A DNA stretch of 64,000 bases, taken from positions 141,280-205,279 of IMG/VR virus record IMGVR_UViG_3300037487_000968, one strand, 5' to 3'. Source of the stretch: a virus (lineage: Duplodnaviria > Heunggongvirae > Uroviricota > Caudoviricetes). Below the pieces are notes generated by a model. That model was not told where the DNA came from. It searched no databases and saw nothing but the letters and a program-made list of their open reading frames with translations. Both the position numbers and the translations under genes were made by a program. Positions 53,982 through 62,067 of this stretch are shown in pieces (positions within the stretch are counted from its first letter, which is position 1; each line of letters begins with the position of its first letter).

Positions 53982-55512
53982 CTATGTTAATAAGGTCTTC
54001 TTTATCAAGACTTGCAATATCCTCACCCTTAATCTCTTTCTTTGTATTTGCATTAGAATGATCAAATAAGGAATGGTATGTATCAACGATCTTATTTTCC
54101 TTGAAACTTATACTGTTGAGCTGCCCCTCATAGTCCTTTAGTAACTGATATGCACCATCTCTATCTCTAGAAAATAGTTCTTCAACGAAACTGTTAAAGA
54201 AGAAAATATTATTTGGTAAGAAATCGCAAATTGGCACTTTTGATTTCTTTACCCAATCTCGATAATCAATCTTCTTGGTTGCATATACAATATCTGCATG
54301 CCGATTAATTTCTTGTACAGCCTGGATGTGATTATAGACATTATGTCCCATAACAATAGCATAGGTAGTTGTGTCCCAACTTGTCTTACCTTCCTTGCCG
54401 TGCTTATTTAAATCGCCCGGGCCCATCACGCATAAATCACCAACAGTACAACGCTCCATAATAGGGCCCTGGAATGTCATTCCTAATTTACTACCCTTTA
54501 GGGATTTATCATCCAAACCTCTTCCCATTGCATAGGTAAGTTGATCGGGATCAAATTTATTATAATTATAGGAAAGAGCATATCCGCCTGCTGCAACAAA
54601 TGGCGATGCAGCATCAAAGCTAATATTGATATTAGGATTATACTTCTTCAGTTGGCGTTCAATTGATGTTAAGAAACATGCCCAATCTAATCTACCAATT
54701 CCCAAAAAGTGAATCCAGTCTTTAGTTGCTAGTAATCCATCTTCTCGTAGATCAATAAGACGTTCGAGTGCAGTTTTCATATCTCTCATGTTGACACCGG
54801 CGAATGCCCATCCCTCAAGTGTTCTATCAGGTGTGTATCCGAGTGCCTCTACTGCTTCCGGAATGCTATATGGGATAACTCTTTCGTACCATGTTTTCGA
54901 TGTTTCATTTGAACTACCCGAAAGTACATTTAAAAATTTAGTTGCACCAGGTACTCGATGTTCCATAAAATATTTGAGATTGTATTCAGTAACATCTAAG
55001 CAATCTTCAAATTTAGTCAACCCAGTCTTTTCACTCAATGGTGGTAATGCGGCAAATGCCGGGACATCTAATGTCATTGACCAATCTGAAGTGTGTTCTA
55101 GATAACGTAATATTTCTTCACGTAATTTATCACCCGCTGGAGTCATAACGGTGGTCCAATCCATCTTTATAACACCTGTTGCAATTTGGAATCCACCTGA
55201 GTCGCCGACAAGGATAGTATCTTTATCACGCTTGTGAATCATAGGTTCCCTATCATCACACTTATCCAGTTTCCGTTCAGCGTGGCCTGCTGAATACAAT
55301 CCATACTTGTAACTAAAGTACGCATCTTCGGGACCCTTTAAAAAGTCCAATCCCTGAATACCTAGTTCAAATTTTTCTGGTACACGCTCTTTGGGAATAA
55401 ACTTCTCATCTAGCAAATCTTTGCCCAGATGTGTTGTATAGAATCCGCTAATGGCAGGCAGGTATCGAGCCCATTGGCCTTCGTTGTGTCTTTTTGTAAA
55501 ATCAATTCCCAT
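53974..55512 (-). CDS. dpdA: TGT-family DNA/tRNA-guanine transglycosylase (DpdA-like)
   Basis: ILVGDSGGFQIATG matches the catalytic DSGGFQ motif of queuine/archaeosine tRNA-ribosyltransferases. 512 aa, co-clustered with queD and queE. Confidence 0.65.
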   Translation of the reverse strand: MGIDFTKRHNEGQWARYLPAISGFYTTHLGKDLLDEKFIPKERVPEKFELGIQGLDFLKGPEDAYFSYKYGLYSAGHAERKLDKCDDREPMIHKRDKDTILVGDSGGFQIATGVIKMDWTTVMTPAGDKLREEILRYLEHTSDWSMTLDVPAFAALPPLSEKTGLTKFEDCLDVTEYNLKYFMEHRVPGATKFLNVLSGSSNETSKTWYERVIPYSIPEAVEALGYTPDRTLEGWAFAGVNMRDMKTALERLIDLREDGLLATKDWIHFLGIGRLDWACFLTSIERQLKKYNPNINISFDAASPFVAAGGYALSYNYNKFDPDQLTYAMGRGLDDKSLKGSKLGMTFQGPIMERCTVGDLCVMGPGDLNKHGKEGKTSWDTTTYAIVMGHNVYNHIQAVQEINRHADIVYATKKIDYRDWVKKSKVPICDFLPNNIFFFNSFVEELFSRDRDGAYQLLKDYEGQLNSISFKENKIVDTYHSLFDHSNANTKKEIKGEDIASLDKEDLINIDE

Positions 55513-55542
55513 TGTTATCCTTCTTATTTTTGTATTTAGATT

Positions 55543-56286
55543 TTAGGCCTTGCCTGCAGGTAGAATATAGGAATATTTGCCGATGCCGCTATCGATATCA
55601 ATCTTTAATGCACCCATATCAGAAAAACTCATTGTTGCTGTTGATGTTTCTGTTAACTTTAGAATAGCAAGAACCTGAGCCAAAGGCCACGACCATTGAT
55701 GTTTTAATGTGCCTGTTACATTATCTGCAAATGGTAAGACAGTGCTATCTGTCGGGCCTGTTCCTACTGCAAAATTTAGTGTCCCTTTATCAACACTAAC
55801 CACAAAACGTTTTTCAAAGCCGCCTAGTGTGCCTAACATATAAGACAGCTCTGCAATCTTCTTCTTTTCCGGTGTAATGGTTACATTCCAAGTCGCACCC
55901 TTAAAAGGCGGAACCTTAATTTGCTCATTAACCATTGTTTCACTCATGAAACGATAATTTGCCGAATGCCCGTAGCCAGATGCAAATTTAACACCAGTTG
56001 GAACAGTCACACCGTTACGTAATTCTGTAACAATATCGGTTGATGCCTTATCTCCGCTAAATACTGGAAAATCAATAAAGCCCTTTAGAATAGCAACACG
56101 TGATAAACCTACTGTTGCATCAACACCGGTAATAGGCTGATACATGGTTCCGAAAACAACCACAGTTTTATCTGCGTCGATTGCTTCAATTTTTGCATCT
56201 GCCCCTGTACCTACAATTTTTACCATATCAATAAAGCCTAACGAATTTGTGTGCTTAATGATATCCTTAAATGAATCTAATAACAT
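55543..56286 (-). CDS. Putative sliding clamp (T4 gp45-like)
   Basis: 247 aa directly downstream of the DNA polymerase. Size and position resemble T4 gp45, but sequence similarity is weak. Confidence 0.35.
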   Translation of the reverse strand: MLLDSFKDIIKHTNSLGFIDMVKIVGTGADAKIEAIDADKTVVVFGTMYQPITGVDATVGLSRVAILKGFIDFPVFSGDKASTDIVTELRNGVTVPTGVKFASGYGHSANYRFMSETMVNEQIKVPPFKGATWNVTITPEKKKIAELSYMLGTLGGFEKRFVVSVDKGTLNFAVGTGPTDSTVLPFADNVTGTLKHQWSWPLAQVLAILKLTETSTATMSFSDMGALKIDIDSGIGKYSYILPAGKA

Positions 56287-56340
56287 GTGAGATCTCCCTT
56301 TTGTTTAGTATATAATATTTTACCGTGAATGTCAAACGTT

Positions 56341-59292
56341 TCACATCTTGCTGAAGTCAAACAATGTCTCGAGATGTGCGTGTTCTTTATTGGTTCTACT
56401 TAAATCCCATTTAAGTACGCCTAGTAGATTTTCTACTTTCTTATCAACAATACCTGCCATCATATCATCGCTGTCAAATGGTAGGTTTAAGAACCACTCT
56501 GGCAGATGATTCTCATCCACAGGATAGGCAATTGATGTAAGTCTGTTTTCGGATGTTTCTTTTAGCTTACAAACAATAATTTTCTGTCCGTCGATAATTT
56601 TCATAGCATGTTGATCTAAGTGGACTTCTTTTAATCTATTCCACGCAAGGCTTGCTGTTACGTGGCCCGGTACGTGTAAGTTACCTACCTCAATGCCTTT
56701 TAACTTCTTAAATCCTGCATCTTCGAGTTTATCTCTATAATGGGTCAACTTATTAACTGCTCGCGGAGTGCCTTGTTGCCAAGGTTTCATATCTTCAAAT
56801 TTTTCCTTGAATAAACGAACCTTCTCAATAACCGCATTTTCACCTTTGTCTATAAGAGTATCCATTAGTATCTCAGAGAGGAATTTTTGCACGAATTTAG
56901 GCGTATCTGCACGCTTCAAATCGAGTCCCATAGCCTTTACCTTACCTACCTTACCACCTACATCGAGTCTAATACCGTCCTTATCATACATTAAGCAAGC
57001 ATAACGCTTCTTAACCATCCATATCCCGGTCTCTGAAACAGTTTCACGAGAGCTTGCAATTACGCCGGTTGAACGCTTAATAGGCACATTAAATTTACCT
57101 AATAAGAATTCTGGGAAGGTTGCGGAAACTGCTTTTGCCAGGTCATTGTAAAGATCTACAATACTTTCTTTAGTCCATACAATCTCATTACGATCTATTT
57201 CTTCTTTAAGTATAGGATAGGCAGAGAAATAGCACGAGTCTGTATCACCATACACAATCGACTTACCGTAGTGATCATATTCACCTGTCATCATTTCGTT
57301 AGTCTTTGCTGCCATATGTTTGGTAATCGTTCTACCGGTTAATGTAGTTGATTGTCCTAGGCGTTGATCAAAAAATCTACTACCTGCATTTAATAACGCA
57401 CCATATGCAGAATTTAAATTAATTTTCTTAACAAGTTGACGCTTATCCCAAAATCCAACAATACGCTTTAAGTCCTTTTGATCTCTGTGAATTGCCTTAC
57501 CATCCTTAACCATTAGGTTGTGTTGATTCATATATTGAATAACACGCTTTGTATGGCCTTCAGCAATGATTTCCTTTAATTTTTTAGGTCTGTATGACTC
57601 GGCGTCTAAGTAAGGGTTAGCCTTTAACTCTGCATCGTTAATATCACTATTTGTGAACAATTCCGCCGGTACCTTCACGCCTTCTATCTTGTCATTATCC
57701 TCAATGTCTTGATAGTTAACCATAATACCCTGCAGTATCTTACGCTCGTTATACCAACGAGTTAACAGACTAGGAATTACCCCATCGGCATCAGTTTTAA
57801 AAATTGTACCATTAGCACTAATGCACCAAGGTTGTCCACTTTCAAATATAAGATCGTGTAACTCTTTACCGGTTACTTCATATTCAGAACCGTCTTCCAT
57901 ATCTAATATTAGCTTTGTACCAATATCTTCATTATAAAAATCTTCCATCTCGAGCACATGGAATCTATCATTCCACCATGACGCAAATGTGTATTTGGCT
58001 CCTCTTGCTTCCCAATCCTTAATTGCCTGATTTGTACGGTCTAACCTAATTTGTCCCACAATCATTTCTGGGCTCATATTAAGCGTTCTAATTACAGATG
58101 GATATAGTGACTTCATGTCAGTGCTACCTATCCATCTGTGAAATCCTTTCTTTGGTGTTGCAACCCAACCACCTGCTGCTCGAGCTGATTTCTCATCGTG
58201 CGAATGTTTCTTATCCGGGCATATCATATTACGGTTATGTGCTTCCATCAGCACATTTTGATCTGTAACCGCAACTGCACCCATTGTTGTTTGGATTAAT
58301 ACACAACTTGAATGTGCAATTGAGTTTGCTAAGTCAATAAATTGTAGTTTCTTATCAAGTTTATCTAACAATCGCGTATCTTGTAGGTTGTATTCTAGGA
58401 ATTTCTTAAAATCATCGTTATATAATTCGTCTAATGTACCATCGTATTGGACTTTAGTTTCACCTAATTCAACCTCGGCAATTGCGTTAAGTGCATAGCT
58501 GTGGCGTTCTTCATAATTATACTTCTTGTAGATTGCCATGTAGTCAACTGAAATACGGCCAATCAAATCATATGTAATAGCTTCCTTACCGCCACGATCA
58601 TATGTGCGTTCTTTAGGCATTTGTTCCCAAAGACACATTCTTCTAGCTTCGTTCTTACCTAGGATTTTCTTTATACGATTTACAACATATGGAATATCAT
58701 ACACTTCTGAATTCCAACCAGATAGAACATCAGCATCCTCAATAATGTCTATAAAGGCGTTTAGCATATCTGCTTCTGATTTAAACAATACTGTGTTGCC
58801 TACTTCGTCTGCAATCGCAGTGGCTTCTTCCCATGTTAGTGTTTCGGGAGGAATAGCCAAACATATGATTTCATCTAACCACTGTAAATGTACAGATATA
58901 GCAGTGATATAATTATTTGCATCAGCTGCATCAGACCAACCTTCTTCTTTATCAAAGCTAGTTTCGATATCGAAAAATGCCACATTTAAGGTAGGTGCAT
59001 CACCGTGATGATAATTGTGTTCAAGACAACGAAAGATAGGATCAACATCAGATTCCCAGCGTCTGACATTACCTGACAGTGTTTTTATTAACTTTTGTTT
59101 TTCTATGAAGGTACGCGGTGTAATCTTTTTTACCGTATCATCGTATATAGTTTTGTGCGAGCCCTTTGGGTCGCTAAGATAGAAGTGATAATCTGGTTGG
59201 AATTCACGATAAACACGTTTACCGTGAATTCTTTCTACAATTTTAATTACTTCAGTATCGCCGCCCTTCTTAAAGAGCGCATCAATATACAT
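56341..59292 (-). CDS. Family-B DNA polymerase (T4 gp43-like) with 3'-5' exonuclease domain
   Basis: Exo I FFDIETSF, pol motif A DMKSLYPS, motif C YGDTDS. 983 aa. Confidence 0.9.
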   Translation of the reverse strand: MYIDALFKKGGDTEVIKIVERIHGKRVYREFQPDYHFYLSDPKGSHKTIYDDTVKKITPRTFIEKQKLIKTLSGNVRRWESDVDPIFRCLEHNYHHGDAPTLNVAFFDIETSFDKEEGWSDAADANNYITAISVHLQWLDEIICLAIPPETLTWEEATAIADEVGNTVLFKSEADMLNAFIDIIEDADVLSGWNSEVYDIPYVVNRIKKILGKNEARRMCLWEQMPKERTYDRGGKEAITYDLIGRISVDYMAIYKKYNYEERHSYALNAIAEVELGETKVQYDGTLDELYNDDFKKFLEYNLQDTRLLDKLDKKLQFIDLANSIAHSSCVLIQTTMGAVAVTDQNVLMEAHNRNMICPDKKHSHDEKSARAAGGWVATPKKGFHRWIGSTDMKSLYPSVIRTLNMSPEMIVGQIRLDRTNQAIKDWEARGAKYTFASWWNDRFHVLEMEDFYNEDIGTKLILDMEDGSEYEVTGKELHDLIFESGQPWCISANGTIFKTDADGVIPSLLTRWYNERKILQGIMVNYQDIEDNDKIEGVKVPAELFTNSDINDAELKANPYLDAESYRPKKLKEIIAEGHTKRVIQYMNQHNLMVKDGKAIHRDQKDLKRIVGFWDKRQLVKKINLNSAYGALLNAGSRFFDQRLGQSTTLTGRTITKHMAAKTNEMMTGEYDHYGKSIVYGDTDSCYFSAYPILKEEIDRNEIVWTKESIVDLYNDLAKAVSATFPEFLLGKFNVPIKRSTGVIASSRETVSETGIWMVKKRYACLMYDKDGIRLDVGGKVGKVKAMGLDLKRADTPKFVQKFLSEILMDTLIDKGENAVIEKVRLFKEKFEDMKPWQQGTPRAVNKLTHYRDKLEDAGFKKLKGIEVGNLHVPGHVTASLAWNRLKEVHLDQHAMKIIDGQKIIVCKLKETSENRLTSIAYPVDENHLPEWFLNLPFDSDDMMAGIVDKKVENLLGVLKWDLSRTNKEHAHLETLFDFSKM

Positions 59293-59543
59293 TAACCCAG
59301 GCCCCCTGCCTTGTATAATTCTTCAAGCTCATCAAATGCTTCTCGTTGATCATTCATTGTGCCTTTCTGAACAGCCTTTATTAATTTATTCAATTGTGCT
59401 GGTTTTACTTCAAGTTCTTCAGCGATTGCTTTAACAGTTTCGCTTAACCCCTCTTTTAGGTCTTCGCATTCTTGTAATACCTGAACTCCGTCTGCAACTA
59501 ATTGTTTTAGTCGCGCAATATTCTCTGGTGATAATTTAGCCAT
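59292..59543 (-). CDS. hypothetical small protein
   Basis: 83 aa with a 1-nt overlap to the polymerase start. Confidence 0.4.
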   Translation of the reverse strand: MAKLSPENIARLKQLVADGVQVLQECEDLKEGLSETVKAIAEELEVKPAQLNKLIKAVQKGTMNDQREAFDELEELYKAGGLG

Positions 59544-59610
59544 ATAACTCCTTGAACTTTGTAGTGTTTTACTTAGCGTTTAGACTATTGTAGCGGCAAC
59601 GTTTATGAAG

Positions 59611-60237
59611 TCAAGGATTTCTTACTGCTTCTGCCCGTTTGAAACGATGAGGACCAACTAATTCCAATCTTGAAGGATTATTCATAATTTCTGGATCCTT
59701 CATGAATTCACTTTTAGGATTTACCCAAAACCCTACCATGTTACCTTTTAATGGTAACTTTCCATCTTTAACTGGAATTGCCTCTTCAAATTCTCCACCT
59801 GCCTTTGCTGTTCCATAGCTTCTTTTATGTTGTCCCTGCAATTCTTGCCCAGGTTTTGAAACTATTTTCCTCATTTTTTCATGTTTAGAAAGTTCCGGGG
59901 CATTGACTCGAGCTTGACCTCTAATATCTCTACTTTGGCTTGTGCCTAATGTTTTATATCTTGATTCTACAGCATTTCTATCTAAAACTATCACAGCATG
60001 ACGACCGACTCCTGCCTCCTGTTCACCCGACCCTGTACCGCCCGAAGCATAATTCCAGTCTCTTGTTGTGCTCACAGTTGGTAATTCTGTCTGTGCCTGA
60101 GTAGATACTTGAGGTCCAGAAGCTGCCTTAAGAAAGCCTGATGCAAGAACAGCCTTTGGATCTCCAGTGGCGTGATAGAGATAATTTCCACCAACCGCTT
60201 CTACCATAAATTCCTCGGCTCTCATTTGCAAGCACAC
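59611..60237 (-). CDS. hypothetical protein (weak ADP-ribosyltransferase-like motif order)
   Basis: 208 aa. YHAT...STT...EFEE occur in the order seen in H/R-S-E ADP-ribosyltransferases, but this is only suggestive. Confidence 0.4.
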   Translation of the reverse strand: MCLQMRAEEFMVEAVGGNYLYHATGDPKAVLASGFLKAASGPQVSTQAQTELPTVSTTRDWNYASGGTGSGEQEAGVGRHAVIVLDRNAVESRYKTLGTSQSRDIRGQARVNAPELSKHEKMRKIVSKPGQELQGQHKRSYGTAKAGGEFEEAIPVKDGKLPLKGNMVGFWVNPKSEFMKDPEIMNNPSRLELVGPHRFKRAEAVRNP

Positions 60238-60617
60238 CTTGCGGCTTCTTTTCCTAGGTAGTCATTTATAGCTGCTTTAATGGCATCCTCGGCCAATATG
60301 CTACAGTGTATTTTGACTGGAGGGAGGGCGAGTTCTTCAACAATCTGACTATTCTTAATGCTTCCTGCTTCATCAAGCGTCTTACCCTTGACCCATTCTG
60401 TGACAAGAGAACTGGAAGCAATCGCCGACCCGCAGCCATACGTCTTAAATTTCGCATCTTGAATAATTCCATCTACTACTTTGATCTGTAGCTTCATTAC
60501 ATCTCCACATGCCGGTGCCCCCACCATTCCTGTACCAACATTTAGATCGGCACTATCCATTTTTCCCACATTACGTGGATTTTCGTAGTGATCTACTACT
60601 TTCGAACTATAGGCCAT
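60222..60617 (-). CDS. iscU: Fe-S cluster assembly scaffold IscU
   Basis: Near-colinear match to bacterial IscU: MAYS.KV.DHYENPRNVG...GAPACGDVMKLQIKV...KTYGCGSAIASSSL...PPVKIHCSILAEDAIKAAI. Confidence 0.85.
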   Translation of the reverse strand: MAYSSKVVDHYENPRNVGKMDSADLNVGTGMVGAPACGDVMKLQIKVVDGIIQDAKFKTYGCGSAIASSSLVTEWVKGKTLDEAGSIKNSQIVEELALPPVKIHCSILAEDAIKAAINDYLGKEAARCACK

Positions 60618-61195
60618 TATTGAAAACTTCCATAGGCATTGCCTGTTATAGGTTCATTGGAACCTTTATACATCTTCGGGTCATATCCGTGTATTGGAGA
60701 AAGTATGCCCTTCATTAGATTTTCATCTGCCACTTCTTGTCCAAATCTGTGCATTTGGTCAGGCATCACTCTATTGAACCATTCTACTATAAGCGGTCTA
60801 ACATCGCGACCTGGTTGCGTATCTTCTATGGATCTTAACTGATCATTAAGTTCATCATCCTCAATAATTTCCATTATGTAAATAGGTGCTATAGCTGCCG
60901 GAATAGGATTTTCCATAATCTTTTTAACTAATTCAAAATCTTCCGGCGTTAGTGGTAATTTATATACTGCTTCTGCAATCTTATGAACTCTACCCATAAC
61001 ATCTTTCAGTTCATAATAATCATCTCTTAATCTTGATTTTAAAAATTCTTTGCCTGCTACAGACGTATTAGGACTCATAATTTTATCCACATAACTAGTC
61101 ATACGTTGCTGTAAAGCATCTATCTTTCTAGTCTGCTGTGGAGACAAACTTCTATCCGAAGTGCCTTTTGGTAATAAAATTTCTACTATTCTCAT
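60617..61195 (-). CDS. hypothetical protein
   Basis: 192-aa ORF with a 1-nt overlap to iscU. Confidence 0.45.
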   Translation of the reverse strand: MRIVEILLPKGTSDRSLSPQQTRKIDALQQRMTSYVDKIMSPNTSVAGKEFLKSRLRDDYYELKDVMGRVHKIAEAVYKLPLTPEDFELVKKIMENPIPAAIAPIYIMEIIEDDELNDQLRSIEDTQPGRDVRPLIVEWFNRVMPDQMHRFGQEVADENLMKGILSPIHGYDPKMYKGSNEPITGNAYGSFQ

Positions 61196-61217
61196 ATTAT
61201 GTATTTATCTAATTTTA

Positions 61218-61252
61218 TTAAAGCCAAAATAAAAGGGACCGAAGTCCCTTTC
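61218..61252 (-). terminator. Intrinsic terminator (AAGGGAC-CGAA-GTCCCTT) with T-tract
   Basis: 7-bp stem with a GNRA-like loop, followed on the minus strand by TTTTATTTTGGCTTT, downstream of the 61267-61632 gene. Confidence 0.55.
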
Positions 61253-61266
61253 TGATCTATTCAATA

Positions 61267-61632
61267 TTAAATACTGAATTCTGCAGCAACAGACTTAGGC
61301 ACTAAATCAATGCTATATTCCTTTGCTTTTCCGACAATAGCAGGAAGAACAAAAATTGCACCAGGGGTAGCTATCAATGCGGCAAACGATGTTGCCTTTA
61401 ATAGTTCCTTGGCATTTGTATTAGCTGTAGCAAGTTCTTTAGGTGTTGCATCACCTTGCATTGCCTTCTGATAAATGCGAGTCATTTCTTGAGCATTCGT
61501 ATATTCAGTTGTAACAACTGATTGCACCTTTTCAAACACGACTTTTGCAGCCTGTGGTGTCTTAGGGATGGCTTCAAACATATCAGTCATTGATTTGAAA
61601 AAAGTCTGTGGAGTATTGATAGATGTAAACAT
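61267..61632 (-). CDS. hypothetical protein
   Basis: 121-aa ORF. Confidence 0.45.
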   Translation of the reverse strand: MFTSINTPQTFFKSMTDMFEAIPKTPQAAKVVFEKVQSVVTTEYTNAQEMTRIYQKAMQGDATPKELATANTNAKELLKATSFAALIATPGAIFVLPAIVGKAKEYSIDLVPKSVAAEFSI

Positions 61633-61753
61633 TTTTAATTTCCTTATAAAGTGCCGTTATGGCCACTATTGCAATTACTGTCTCACCATGAGCACAGTTC
61701 TTGTAGTGTAACTGTATTTATGTTGCGATGCAACAAAACCTTATAATATCGGT

Positions 61754-61987
61754 TTATTCTGTAGGTTTTGGCTCAGTAGTCTCTTTCACCTTCACACCAG
61801 CAGCGCCTGCACCTAATAATGACCCATATGCTAGGCCGAAATTTACCATATCAAAAGCACCGCTCTTGTATATTTGAAATCCTGAAAATCCTAAGAAACA
61901 GACTACGCCAACGATCCATAGCCATCTTGCCGGGTCATGTGTCTCGCCGTCCGGGCCTGTGAGTAAATCTTTAATCACTCTATTCAT
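61754..61987 (-). CDS. Small two-TM membrane protein (holin-like topology)
   Basis: 77 aa with two hydrophobic helices. Preceded by a TATAAATA late-promoter candidate and an AGGAG Shine-Dalgarno. Confidence 0.45.
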   Translation of the reverse strand: MNRVIKDLLTGPDGETHDPARWLWIVGVVCFLGFSGFQIYKSGAFDMVNFGLAYGSLLGAGAAGVKVKETTEPKPTE

Positions 61988-62008
61988 TCTAATCTCCTAT
62001 TAACTATT

Positions 62009-62016
62009 TATTTATA
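62009..62016 (-). promoter_or_regulatory. Candidate T4-type late promoter TATAAATA
   Basis: Exact octamer on the minus strand 22 nt upstream of the 61987 ATG, immediately after the tail-fibre terminator. Confidence 0.4.
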
Positions 62017-62047
62017 GAAAAGGCCCCGAATTCGGGGCCTTTTCTTT
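62010..62047 (-). terminator. Intrinsic terminator (AAAAGGCCCCGAATTCGGGGCCTTTT)
   Basis: Perfect 9-bp GC-rich stem flanked by A- and T-runs, 20 nt downstream of the tail-fibre gene stop. Confidence 0.6.
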
Positions 62048-62067
62048 GATCTAACCTAAGTTAGTTA

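Noticed and set aside
55543-56286. Confident assignment as gp45 sliding clamp
   Set aside because: Only size, position and loose pattern similarity support it. Kept as a low-confidence feature, not a finding.
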